This document shows, one piece after another, positions 1 through 11,547 of a stretch of DNA of 64,000 nt. The stretch is from Fimicolochytrium jonesii (lineage: Eukaryota): positions 124,001 to 188,000 of the forward strand of contig NW_026515674.1 in NCBI RefSeq assembly GCF_025526975.1, given 5' to 3'. Position 1 is the first letter of the stretch. Every line of letters begins with the position of its first letter. The notes under the pieces are model-generated. The model had not been told where the DNA came from and did not search any database. It saw only the letters and a program-made list of their open reading frames with translations. Both the position numbers and the translations under genes were made by a program.

Positions 1-47
1 AGCGAAGCAGATTTACGATTACCGGTGTCAGATCATATTCTGTATAG

Positions 48-1277
48 CGCCGCGGGGGCTGAGGACGGATAATGGCCTTCGGGTGCTGTATGAAGAGATC
101 AAGAGGATTACATTGACGGAGATGGATGTGCTGTCCCAATGTCTGGACTATAACAAGACGAAGCTCGATCGGCTAAATCCCAAATACTCCGAAAACGTTG
201 CTTTGAAGGTGAGGTTTTGTGATTGTTGCCTTCCTGGCTTGCGCTCTTGCTCAAATACTCTCTATCATTGCAGGTGAACGTCAAAATGGGAGGCGCGACC
301 AACTTCGTCGACAAACTCCCCCTGATGGATAAGCCCACCCTCATCTGCGGCGCGGACGTAACCCACGCCCACGCCGGGTCGGCAGCGCCATCCGTCGCCG
401 CCGTCGTAACTTCCACCGACCGCTCAGCCACAAAATACCGCACCTTCCTCTCGGCACAAGCCTCCCGAGTCGAAATCATCCAAGACATGGAACGCATCAT
501 GGGCGAAGCGATTGACGCCTTTGCATCCAGCCAGAAAACGTTCCCGGCGCGGGTCATATTCTTCCGCGACGGGGTGTCCTCCGGGCAGTTCAAGGAAGTG
601 CGGGAGACGGAGATCGCGGCCATCAAGAGGGTCTTTGCCAAACGCAAGCTGAACGGCACGCAGCTCACGTTTGTGATTGTGCAGAAGAGACATCATATTA
701 GGCTGTTTCCGAATGATAACAACCAGGACAAGTCAGGGAATTGTTTGCCGGGTACAACGGTGAGACATCCCTCTGGGCGATGCTTTGAGTTTCCCATTAA
801 GCTCACCTGCGTTGTGATATCCTCCCAGGTTGATACAGTAATCACACATCCCAGCGAATTCAACTTCATTCTTCAATCGCACGCCGGCCTCCAAGGCACA
901 TCCCGGCCGACGCTATATCACGTCATATACGACGACATGGATATGGGTTCAGACCAGTTACAGCAGCTATGCTATAACCTGTGCTTCTTATCTGAACGAG
1001 CGAATCGGAGCATCAACATGGTCGCGCCTGCATATCGGGCGCATCTAGCCGCTTACTGTGAGTTGCCATGCTTGAGCAAATGCCTCGTCGCATCTCATGT
1101 ACGAGCTCGCTGGCTGACCAACTCTCTTTCCTGAAAACACCAGACGGCCGGATGTTCCTAGAAGGCGACTTTGGATCCGACGCCGCATCAGCTCTCAGCG
1201 GCGCATCGCAGGAACTTCCAGTGGCCCTCCGCAAGGTCGCGTCAACAATGGACCAGCATACGATGTATTACATGTGA
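48..1277 (+). CDS. ago: Argonaute protein, MID/PIWI C-terminal part (5' end lies upstream of the window)
   Basis: Predicted exons 48-208, 274-759, 829-1057, 1144-1277 with GT-AG introns. Translation shows PIWI motifs QC..NVALKVNVKMGG, GADVTH, IFFRDGVS, VQKRHHIRLF, QSHAGLQGTSRPTLY, PAYRAHLAA and the typical C-terminal MYYM. Confidence 0.95.
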
Positions 1278-2944
1278 AAAGATGCGTGAAGCGAAAGGTC
1301 ATTTCTGGGACTTGGGAGGTTGCCCAGCTTGTAGTTTAAGCGTTTTCTTCTTCTTGGACATATGCATTCATTGTTCTCTTCCACTTATTTACTTCGGTTT
1401 GAAGACAATAGGATATTTGAAACGGATTCTGTCCACCGATAACGCCCAGATCCACTACCTACATTATACATATACGGTACAGTTGTCTGGAAGTGAAATC
1501 CTTTGACTTCACGCCTTCAAGTTGCTCCATATCCAAAGTCCGACGGCGTCTCCTCGAAAGCCGTCGTTCTCATTCTCACAGCGTTTTCAGTATCCCTTTC
1601 AAATCTCGATATCGAGGACAGATGCCAGGAACTCGCAAGCGGCTCACGACTGCCGCGTCTCCCTCCACCTCTTGTAACTTATACAAAACTGCGATTCGGG
1701 CGCTTGCTGACGTCGTGCTGGGTGAATACGTCCGTTCCCTGGCTATGAAGTACCGTCCTGATGAAACTGGTGGGTTCGAAGCCCAGCAAGTAATACATAG
1801 CCGATACGGACAGGCGAATTGCAGTTTCAACAACGAGAAGGACACCTGTGGCATCGGCGTCAGGGACACCGTACTCTTTTGGACCGTTTGTAGATTATTG
1901 CCCCGAAAAGCACGAGGGAAAGTTATCATTCCCACCAGGCCCGTCTCACTGCCCATCGTATTCATATCCATCAAGGCCGTAGAGGTGGGACCCAACCTGC
2001 ATTATGTAAAGGGAAAATAATGATATTTGCTTAGCAGGAGGCGCTCGCTTGGCCCGCTATGAAACCTCCCTTTCTCGCCAGGTACGGATCATTTCACTCA
2101 ATCATCCAACTGCCAACCGACAAAGTGATTGCGGGATCTATACTCATTCGCAGTCCCCATCGTCGCCGGATTCCATCTCGTTTGAAAATTCACAATCCCG
2201 TCCCAGTTCACCCAATTCGCCCCCGAAAACCCCCCAATTAATCCACCCGCCATCGGCAATTATCCACAATCATGACCTGGTCCCTCGGAGCCAGGTAGAC
2301 CCAGAACTCGAACCCGTCAACCCACTCGTTGTGCCGGTACTTGTAGCCCCGGGCTTCGTGCGGGCTTTAAGCACCCCGTAATAGTACCGCAATCGGGAAG
2401 AAGGCAAAGTCCATGTCTAGTAGATCCAGCTTGTTCACGAATCTGGGGATTCCAACCTTCACCGAAGTCCGACGCGTGTGCCGTGTGAAACGTGTCGAAG
2501 GATGTCATTTGAAATCACGTAAGCGATTAGTCAAGACGGAAGCGAGAGTATGGAATGAGAATTCGTCGACCCCTCGTGACAGCAATTCGCATATGCCAAA
2601 GCCGGATCATTTTGCTCCCATGTGAGATGAGTCAGGGCTGGGCGTTCTCGCCGGCCTCTCCGGGCACTCCCGGCGCCTTGTCATCCAGGAGTCATGCGTT
2701 TGCTCCTATTGTTTCCGCATATGGTGCATGCAGGAGACTCACAGGATACACGCGCAATTGCCTCCTTTTGGCAACAGGGCTCCTCCCTTCCCATAAATAA
2801 TCAGCCCCACACAGCTTCCTCGACTCTGCCATTTCTTTTTCCAGCGCTGAACGAACTCGACTCTACGACTTCGTACTTTATTTTCCCACGCAACTGTCAT
2901 CCTCCTTCCCAACCTTCAACACACACTCATCCTTATCCGCAAAG

Positions 2945-4921
2945 ATGGCCCAAGAACGCATGCTTTCTGCTGCTGCGCTCGCTGAAGAGCAGCGCGTCTT
3001 CGATGCCGAGGTCAAGTCCATCAAGGCTTGGTGGGAAAATGAGCGTTTCCGTCTCGTCAAGAGGCCGTACTCCGCCGAAGATGGTACGTTGGATTAGCTG
3101 TGCCTGCGTTGGGTACAGGGGCTGTTGGGCGAGGTGGCAGTGTAGCGCATTGCCTGACCTTCGTACTCACATTCCATTCCCCGCACAGTCGCGAAGAAGC
3201 GTGGAACCCTCCCCATCTCCTACCCGTCTGGGGACCAAGCTAAGAAGCTGTGGAAGCTTTTGCAAAACCACAAGGCGAACAAGACTGCCTCCTTCACCTA
3301 CGGTGCTCTCGACCCCGTCCAGGTCGCCCAGATGGGCAAGTACCTCGACACGATCTACGTGTCCGGATGGCAATGCTCTTCCACTGCCTCCTCCTCCAAC
3401 GAGCCCGGACCGGATCTTGCTGACTACCCCATGGTGCGTTTCTAAGGCCCGCGTGTACGTTCGGTGGGAAAACGAGTTTGCGGCACGTCATACTGAATCC
3501 TACGTTTTTCCTTCAATTCTCAGGACACTGTCCCGAACAAGGTTGAGCACCTTTTCCTTGCTCAGGCATTCCACGACAGGAAGCAACGCGAGGACCGTCT
3601 GTCCTTGTCTCTTGGGGAGCGCGCCAAGGTCCCTTTCACGGACTTCCTGAGGCCCATCATCGCCGACGCCGACACCGGTCACGGTGGTATCACGGCCAAC
3701 ATGAAGTTGGCAAAGATGTTCGTTGAGCGTGGTGCTGCTGGTATTCATTTGGAGGACCAAGCTGCCGGAACCAAGAAGTGTGGTCACATGGCTGGAAAGG
3801 TGCTGGTCCCTATTTCTGAGCACATCAACCGTCTTGTTGCCGTCCGTCTGCAGTTCGACATCATGGGAGTTGAAAACATCGTCGTCGCGCGTACTGATGC
3901 AGAAGCTGCCACCCTCATCACCTCCAACATCGACTACCGTGACCACCCCTTCATCCTCGGTTCCACCAATCCAAGCCTCCTTCCTTTGGTCGACGTGATG
4001 GTGGAAGCTGAGCGCCAAGGAAAGATCGGCGCCGCGTTGCAGGCCGTAGAGGACGACTGGGTCAACAAGGCCGGCGTCAAGCTGTACACCGAAGCCGTCG
4101 TCGACGCTCTGAAAGCCGCAGGAAAGGCCGGAAGCGTGAACGAATTCCTGCAAAAGGCGGAAGGTCTCTCCAACGCCAAGGCCCGTGCCCTTGCCAAGTC
4201 TTACGGTGTCGAGCCCTTCTGGTGCTGGAACGCACCACGTGTGCGTGAAGGTTACTTCCGCTACCAAGGGGGAACACCCGCCTGCGTCAACCGTGGTCAA
4301 GCATACGCCCCTTACGCTGACCTGATTTGGATGGAGACCAAGAAGCCCATCTTTGCTCAGGCACAAGAGTTCGCCACCGGTGTGCACAAGGTTCACCCCG
4401 AGACCATGCTCGCGTACAACTTGTCGCCATCCTTCAATTGGGATGCCGCTGGCATGTCTGACGCGCAAATCTCGAGCTTCATTGGAGACATTGCCAAGCT
4501 TGGATTCGTCTGGCAATTCATCACGTTGGCTGGGGTAAGTTGACATATATGTGATTGCGTCCATATCAGAGTTCACTTCACTAACAACGCTTTCGTACAA
4601 CCATTAGTTCCACTCCGACGCCTTGATCACGGATCTCTTCGCACGAGACTACGCCAAGCGCGGTATGTTGGCCTACGTCGAGGGTATCCAACGACAAGAA
4701 CGTTTGAACGGTGTCGAGACTCTCGCACATCAAAAGTGGTCTGGAGCCGAGTACTTTGACAACCTGAGTAAGTCCCGTGCCTGCATATCACTCCAATTCC
4801 CTGCCGTCAGTAATTGATTCCTTGTGTTTCTCCTACAGTCAAAACAGTGCAAGGCGGTGTCAGCTCCACATCCGCGATGGGCAAGGGAGTGACAGAATCC
4901 CAGTTTGGAGGAAAGCACTGA
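2945..4921 (+). CDS. ICL1: Isocitrate lyase (fungal/plant long type)
   Basis: Exons 2945-3083, 3189-3433, 3524-4534, 4608-4767, 4839-4921. Motifs [28 protein letters not shown], catalytic [39 protein letters not shown]. Confidence 0.97.
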
Positions 4922-5715
4922 TTTATTAGAACCGGAGAAGGCGATAGGCATGATTGATGGCTAGAGAGGAGTCTGTCATTTGTGCGCACTTTAAACGGGA
5001 AGCGGAGCATCCCTTCGTCTGCTTTATAATTTTGTCATGATTGTTCTTTTTTGATTTTTGAATTGAATTTATTGATCCCTAGCCTCCGCACTACGCCTTA
5101 TCACTTTGCTACACTGAGGACCTACTCTGGAACGGTGCTCTTTCGAGTGACGAGAAAAGGATTCACATAATCGCACAACGTTGAGTAGCATTTCTCCTGT
5201 CCATAGCATATTTCTCCTTCGGCTCGTCTCCGCAGCCGGTTTTTCCTGTTCCAATCGGCCTTCATTCTTTAGCCATTCTCACCTTCCACTCATTCCCGTA
5301 GCTCCCAATTGATCTTGACAACGTTTTTGTCCAACCCCAACATCAACCGGTCTCGCTCGTCCTCTTGTTGCCACATGTCTCTCGAGCTCTGTAACTCCAA
5401 GCATTTTCGCTCTTCGCGCTGATCGCCGCAGCAAAGAGATCTCCTCGTCTGTGCCCACATTCCCGCAGTGCCCTTCCTCGAGATGTTCTCTCCTGCTCCA
5501 ACCGTTCTTGCAGTTCCCAATGTTCGTTTTCTCCAGCCTTTCGGTGTTGCTGCAAACATGCTCGTTTTTCCTGCTCTCTTTCCTGTTGTTGATGACATCT
5601 TGCTTGTTCATGGTGCTTGGTTCCGAGAATGTCGAATCCCCTCTCGCTCCAAACGCGCTTGGTCCAAAACGGGCGAGCTCATCTCGCTCCCGTTTCTCAT
5701 CAGCACGTAATCAGC

Positions 5716-6729
5716 TCAATCCACCGTTTCACCGTCTCGAAAGCGTTCTTCCGCTCCAAACGCGCTTGTTCGTGTTGCCTGTCTCTTTTCTCGTTGCTCT
5801 TGATTTTGTGTTTCACGAGCTGGCCGCTCTTGATGTTGCTCCAGACGCTCTCGCATGCACATTGGGCGCGATGAGAATCCAAACATACGCCGCGGAACTG
5901 GACTCGGGGAAGACACAGTGGGTTGTCGCAATGCACGGCGCAGCAGGGTTTCCAGTCGATCAGCTGTTCGTTGCAGCAGGGGCGGCGGAGGATGAGGAGG
6001 TTGATGAATGTTTGGGTAGTGTTCTGTTATGGTTGTTGCGTTGGGTGTGTCCATTTGGTTTCCAGTTGGATGCGGCTCAGGGACCTGCCCGGCAGCGTAA
6101 ACCGGCCTGTTCGCATTACCCTCCTTCAAACGCATCTCATTCCCAATCCCAACGCAATAGCCTTCCTCTGTACCCCCGCAAAAGCAGCCTTCCTCTGTAC
6201 CCCCGCAAAAGCCACCAAATTCCCCTTTATCCAAAACCCCCAACTGCTCCACCTCTTCAACATAAATCTCGCACTCATTGTCCTCAACATCCTTCCTCCC
6301 ATGTGCCACCCGCCGGTTGAGAGGGCAGGTGATCCGTCCGCTGTTCTCTCGTAGGAGGATGAGCTCGCTTTTGGAGCGTATGTAGGTGGCGAAACGTTGG
6401 GAGGTGGGGGCGCTGCAGCTGAAATGGCCGCCAGCGCAAGTTATGCCGTGGGTGGAGGGAGAGTTTTCTTGGCGTATTGAGCAGGGTTTGAGATATTGTG
6501 GTTGAGCGACGGTGGTGGGTTCTGCGGCGGCAGCGAGCGGGTGTTGTTTATCCGATGTGCTTGTGCACAAACTGGCAAGCTCGTTTGGTACAGCTGAAAC
6601 TTTTGCAGAGTGAAGGCTGCGAGTGACTGAAGCGACAGTTCCGCCCCGTGAGGATGCCCAGCTAGAAACGAATCTACAGTGCTTTTGAGATGGCTCGTTG
6701 CCCCGTGGGTATTGGAAGCCTAGGGACAT
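5716..6729 (-). CDS. Hypothetical low-complexity protein (orphan ORF; structure uncertain)
   Basis: 337-codon ORF with no recognisable motif. It contains a frame-preserving 27-bp tandem duplication. Confidence 0.3.
   Translation of the reverse strand: MSLGFQYPRGNEPSQKHCRFVSSWASSRGGTVASVTRSLHSAKVSAVPNELASLCTSTSDKQHPLAAAAEPTTVAQPQYLKPCSIRQENSPSTHGITCAGGHFSCSAPTSQRFATYIRSKSELILLRENSGRITCPLNRRVAHGRKDVEDNECEIYVEEVEQLGVLDKGEFGGFCGGTEEGCFCGGTEEGYCVGIGNEMRLKEGNANRPVYAAGQVPEPHPTGNQMDTPNATTITEHYPNIHQPPHPPPPLLQRTADRLETLLRRALRQPTVSSPSPVPRRMFGFSSRPMCMRERLEQHQERPARETQNQEQREKRQATRTSAFGAEERFRDGETVD
6159..6212. repeat. Perfect 27-bp tandem duplication (agccttcctctgtacccccgcaaaagc x2)
   Basis: Copies read directly at 6159-6185 and 6186-6212. 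Confidence 0.9.
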
Positions 6730-6942
6730 GCTTGTCGAACGTCACTTGGAGCGCATCCAACACGTCACGGGCTGAGTTCCCTTCTCGGACTGGTCTCGGA
6801 GGTGCGACGCTGGCAGATGGCAAGTCGGCAAAACACATTCCTCCAGGCCACCCCCACAACAACATCGTGAGGCTCACCAAATGGATAACCCCCAATACCC
6901 AACTGCCCTCGCAGCATCCGCTCCCACAACCCACTTCCAACC

Positions 6943-8881
6943 ATGTACGACCACCGAACAGCCGTAAGCACTCTCGGCCGACCCTCTCGGGAACCCCGGG
7001 AACCCCGGGAACCTTCCCGACTGCCTCCCACCACCACCACCACCCCAACACAACCACCACTATCAAGTAGTAGTAACGACGCACAAACGGTTGACGACCG
7101 CGTATCGATATCCCCAGTTGGAGGGACGAGGACGGCAGACCTTGGAACTGCGGCGTTGGGGAATGATCATGTGAAGAGTGTGATATCTGGCGCAGCGGCC
7201 GGGATGGCCACTGTTGTTGCTGGGGTGAGTGGGAGTATTTGAAAGAGGGGAAGAGGAGCATGGGATTGGGCTTTTGAGGGGGATACGTGGTTCGGGATGC
7301 GCTGTGGGAGGTGACATATGATGTTAGGAGGCATGCAACTCATGTCTTTCGTTTTGCCTTCTACTGGGGTTTTCCCATATTTGCGTTTGTCGGTCTGGTA
7401 GCATCCGTTCGATACGATCAAAGGTTAGCATCGGTCATTAGTTTAGAGTAGGGACATGCGGGTTATGAATGGCTGGGTGCCCAAGGGCTTCGACATCGAG
7501 AGTCTGCTCACACTGACATATAGTTACTGACATATCGTGTTTCCCCAGTACGAATGCAGACGCACAACAACAGCAACGCCGCACGGCAGAGCATTGGGAT
7601 GATTGAGTGTTGTCGGAACGTGGTGCGTAGCAATGGGATCATGGGGCTGTATCGCGGGATGGCGTCGCCGTTGTTGGCCGTTACGCCGCGGTATGCTGTT
7701 CGGTTCTGGGTATGTTCTTTCATGCATTGCGGTCTGTGAGATGGGGGACCGAACGGGGTGCGCGGTCGGCTTTGACTTCCGACTAAGATTCCACACCAGG
7801 CCTACGACGTAGGCCTCCACATCTCCCACTCCCTCTTCGCTACTCACCCCCCAACATCGTCCTCCTGGATCCGCGACTCCATGCTCGCCGGCGCCCTCGC
7901 CGCCATCCCCACCACCATCGTCACCACCCCAACCGAGCAGATTAAAGTCACCCTACAAACTCGCGACGGCCCACCACTCCACTCCACGAACACCAAACCC
8001 GTCCCCGGAACCTCACTCCGATCATACCTCGCACCTTTACCGTCGTGGTCAGCACAACAGCAGCAGAGGTTTTACCAGCAGCGACAGGGCCCGGGTAGTA
8101 GTAGCAACACCGGGGCTGCACAACAACCGAGGAACGGCACTGGTGGGGCCGGACTAAGAGAAGAAAAAGGCCTCCGGCCCTTGTTTCGAGGCACCTTTGC
8201 GACGTTTGCGAGGGATGTGCCGGGGTTTGCGGCGTATTTTGTGGTTTATGAGATGGTGCATCATGCCGCTATGGGGGGATCGGGTGGTGGCGGGATAGAG
8301 GAAGGTGGAACTGGGAGGGAGAGGGCGTGGACGGATGTGCAGCCTGTTGTGCTCGGGGCTGGTAAGTTTGGGAGGTTTGAGCGTCTGGAACGGCGTGCGG
8401 GGAAGACAGAAAGCTTAGGCCTGTGTGCTAAACCTCGTTCCGTTTCTCCTCCAGGCATCGGAGCAACAGCCCTCTGGTTCATCGCCATAGTAAGTCCCCT
8501 CCCTCACCTCCCATCACCCAACCCCATCCTTAATCCCAATCCCACTCATATCTTCCCCCTCCCTTCCCCAACAGCCCAGCGACGTCATAAAATCCCGCAT
8601 CCAATCCTCCCCACCCGGCACCTACCTCGGCTTCACGGACGCGGCCAAACGGTTAGTCAGGACCGAAGGGTTAGGAAGCTTGTTTAGGGGGACTGCGCCG
8701 GCGTTGTTAAGATTGGTGCCGGTGAGTTGAGAACAACCATCCTGCTTTTCTTTTTTTTTTTTTACCTGTGTAGGATGGCGGAGCTTAACAACCCCGTTCT
8801 CGCGTTGCTGTCTTGTAGGCAAATGCGGCAGGCTTCGTCGCGCGGATAGGATCGCTGGCTGTTATGGACCATTTCTGGTGA
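6943..8881 (+). CDS. Mitochondrial carrier family protein, carnitine/acylcarnitine carrier-like (Crc1/SLC25A20 type)
   Basis: Exons ~6943-7224, 7402-7423, 7549-7709, 7800-8361, 8455-8489, 8575-8721, 8819-8881. Three Px[DE]xxK signatures (HPFDTIKVRMQ, TPTEQIKVTLQ, IPSDVIKSRIQ), plus GLYRGMASPL, RDVPGFAAYF and PANAAGF. Start codon uncertain. Confidence 0.85.
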
Positions 8882-8912
8882 CCTCCCCCCCACTCCATTA
8901 CCCTTCTCTCAT

Positions 8913-8948
8913 CCCGACCCCGACCACGACCCCGACCACGACCCCGAC
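8913..8948. repeat. Short imperfect 6-bp tandem repeat (cc[c/a]cga units) downstream of the carrier stop codon
   Basis: cccgaccccgaccacgaccccgaccacgaccccgac read directly. Confidence 0.7.
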
Positions 8949-9270
8949 ATCTGTAGATACCCCTGTACCATCCCAATTCAGCATGTACATCTTTCGCTCC
9001 GCTGTAGGGTTCGATATATTTATGCACATGGGTTGGTGAAGTGATCAATATAGTGATTAAGGAGACGGATGAATGAATGTTGAGGCAGATTATGGGATGG
9101 GATAGTTCAAAAACTTCTGACGAAGAAAAGCCTACGCCGTATGTTGGAGGGGTGTCCAATGAATATGAAAGAAGAGCGGAATGTGTCTTCTGCGTGTGTC
9201 TTCTGCGGATAGACCACAACCTCAGACACAAAGCGTAGGGTCCACCCTGCTCCGTAGCGAGCCCCAAGCT

Positions 9271-10714
9271 TCACTTCTTCCAAGCCGGCCACCTCCCCCA
9301 AGCCCCGAACCTCCGTTTCGTATACACCAAAAACACCGCCACCGGCCCCAACACGACCACAATAACCGCCACCGCAATCCCAATCTTCGCCGCCGTACTC
9401 AACCCACCCCCACCGGGTGCCGTCACAGGCAACGGGACAAACGTATCCCAAATCGCCAGATCGCAATTGAGTGTTATCCCGTGACCATCGTTGTCGAGCG
9501 GGGTAAATGTTTCGGTGAAATTGGATTGGGAAGTGGTGAGGAGGTGCGTGTAGGAATTAGTGCGGTACAGGGTGGGGCACCAGGACTTGCGGAAGGCGGT
9601 TTCGGCGGGGTTGCAGAGGGTGCGGGCGCGTTCGGTTAGGAAGTTGCTAAAACCAGTACAAGAAGAAGTGTGAGTTGAAAGATTGGGGCAAAAAGAGGGT
9701 CAACGATAACTTACCTCAACCAGGTGTCCTCAGACCCAGCCTGCGCAACCGACGGGATCCGCGCAGCCATTGCCGGCACCGAATCCGTATCATTCCCAAT
9801 CCCCATCTGCACCGCCGCATCATACAACTGCGCCCTCGCCAGCGGCAGAGTTAACCCCAACGTATCACTCAACGCTTCCGCGGGGTTAAAATACATCTCA
9901 TCGGCAAGCTTGACCTGTAAGGCGCGGAAGGAGGGATTCGTGGCGGCGGCGGTGCGCCAGGCGGGACAGAAGTCGGCCAACCCCGATGTGGATGAGGACC
10001 CGGTTTGGTTGAGGGCGAGGAGCGTGTCGTAAGTGGAATCGAATTCGAGGGTGTAGTTGGGGGAGAGTTTGTAGGCGGAGACTACCGCGAAGGCGTCGTG
10101 CGTGGCTCTAGATTGCGGGAGGAAGGGAGTCAATTCATCAACCCATCAAACATCGACCATCAACCCATGAACATCATCAACCATCGACCATTGACCCTCA
10201 ACCCATCGACCATCATCATCCATCGACCATCGACCATCGTCGCTCGCACGCAAACAAAAAGGCTTCGCTCTGGTCTACCTATCGGTCTCCCACACCGAAC
10301 CAACTTCGCTCGTTGGAGTACAACACCGGCGCTCGCTTCGCTCGCGAACCTCAAGCATTCTTGGGCCTCGCTTTGCCCGGCCTACGCCCAGTTGGGGCTC
10401 ACTTTCGCTCGCTGCGCTCGGAATCCCTCAGGCATCCCTGCGCCTCCGGCGGAGTTGCGCTCGCTATCGCTCGTCGCTCACTATCGCCCCCGTAATTCTA
10501 CTCACGTGGTGAACCCAACCATCCCTGCGGTATAACCCCTGCCATCCCCAATATCCTCACAATAGTCAAAGGAAAAGAATCTCCGACTATTTTCAAACTC
10601 GTTAGTGAGTTGCTGGGTGAGTGATTTCTGACATGGTGTGAGTGCCGCGAGTGCGGGTGTTGCGGCTGTTGCGAGGAAGCCGAGGAGGAGGGTGGTGAGG
10701 CCTGGTGGGTGCAT
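9271..10714 (-). CDS. Glycoside hydrolase family 46 chitosanase with signal peptide and C-terminal transmembrane anchor
   Basis: Exons 10714-10506, 10107-9715, 9646-9271. N-terminal signal peptide (LTTLLLGFLATAATPALA), GH46 signature NEFENS...YCEDIGDGRGYTAGMVGFTT, YFNPA, QLYDAAVQMG, WLSNFLTER. C-terminal hydrophobic helix IGIAVAVIVVVLGPVAVFLVY followed by basic TKRR. Confidence 0.88.
10108..10505 (-). repeat. Long (398 nt) intron with GAGC-rich repeats, hairpins and a ccatcga/ccatcaa microsatellite-like tract
   Basis: gctcgcttcgctcgc at 10331-10345 and many cgctcg copies; ccatcg/ccatca tract at ~10135-10240. The same 15-mer occurs in the FKBP intron at 47861-47875. Confidence 0.7.
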
Positions 10715-11547
10715 TATTGTAGGTAGTGGACTGGTCGTGGTTGAGGGGGTGTGATTCTTCCAGGTCGGGACTTGAAGGTATGGAGGGGCGAGACGAGGAC
10801 GACCGCCTTTTTGTTACGCTGAGCTTCCGTCTACGAGAGGCTGCTACTGCCGGTCTCTGGTCTGATAATACTTGTGCTCACTGCCTCTCGCCACAATGCC
10901 GAGACTTGCCGGCTGTCAGTGTGGTGGGAGTCCTCCTCTCCTCTCCGGAAGTGGCTTGGCACGCCGCACTGTGCGATCTCTGTCGCGCGTTTGAGCGGAC
11001 ATGCGCGGCGCCTGTGGCCCACAAACAATCGAACATTCGCTGCTAAGCCTCGTGCTTGCATGCATCTGAAACACTATTATTGGGGTTAGGGTTATCTACC
11101 GATATGACACTTCCAACAGCTGCACATTTTTGACTTTTTAAAATTAAGCCATGCGCGTATGCATGCGCGAGCTCGCGACCTAGCGATGGTTGGTTCGGGC
11201 TCAGGGCGCCTCGGCGCCTGGGCGGTGGCGAATTCTTGTCACAAGCCTTTTTCGCTTATTAGTCGGCGAAGGTTGCTTTCCGCCTGCCTTCGCGAGCTTC
11301 CATACATATTTCGAGAATTGCTGGCTCCTTCCTTGCATGCTTTTGTACATGCGGGAAGCCCGTGTATATGTCGTCGTGCTAGATCAGAAGGCAGGGGTCG
11401 GAAAAATCGACAGCGTGAAATTTAGTCAGCACTTTTTTTGACCGAATTCCAAGCCCCGACAACTTGCGCCAAACGTTATTTTCCCTCGCGGCTCTCAAAT
11501 AGCAGTGCCAATACCGTATTCGGTATCATAGACCCCGAAAAACAGTC

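Noticed and set aside
1400..2520. Short ORFs between Argonaute and ICL, including a minus-strand frame reading ..FVNKLDLLDMDFAFF..*..RHNEWVDGFEFWVYL
   Set aside because: Interrupted by stops, no recognisable family, and I could not build a consistent exon chain; at most a pseudogene fragment.
2080..2615. Two cggatcattt copies upstream of ICL as carbon-source-responsive elements
   Set aside because: They do not match the yeast CSRE consensus, and two 10-mers can occur by chance.
3500..4600. 366-aa minus-strand ORF, and similar long antisense ORFs over MIC60, FKBP and eIF3a
   Set aside because: Antisense shadows of codon-biased real genes; no independent motifs.
10135..10240. ccatcga/ccatcaa array as a CRISPR or telomeric repeat
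   Set aside because: Degenerate 6-7-mer microsatellite with no spacers; internal to an intron in a eukaryote.
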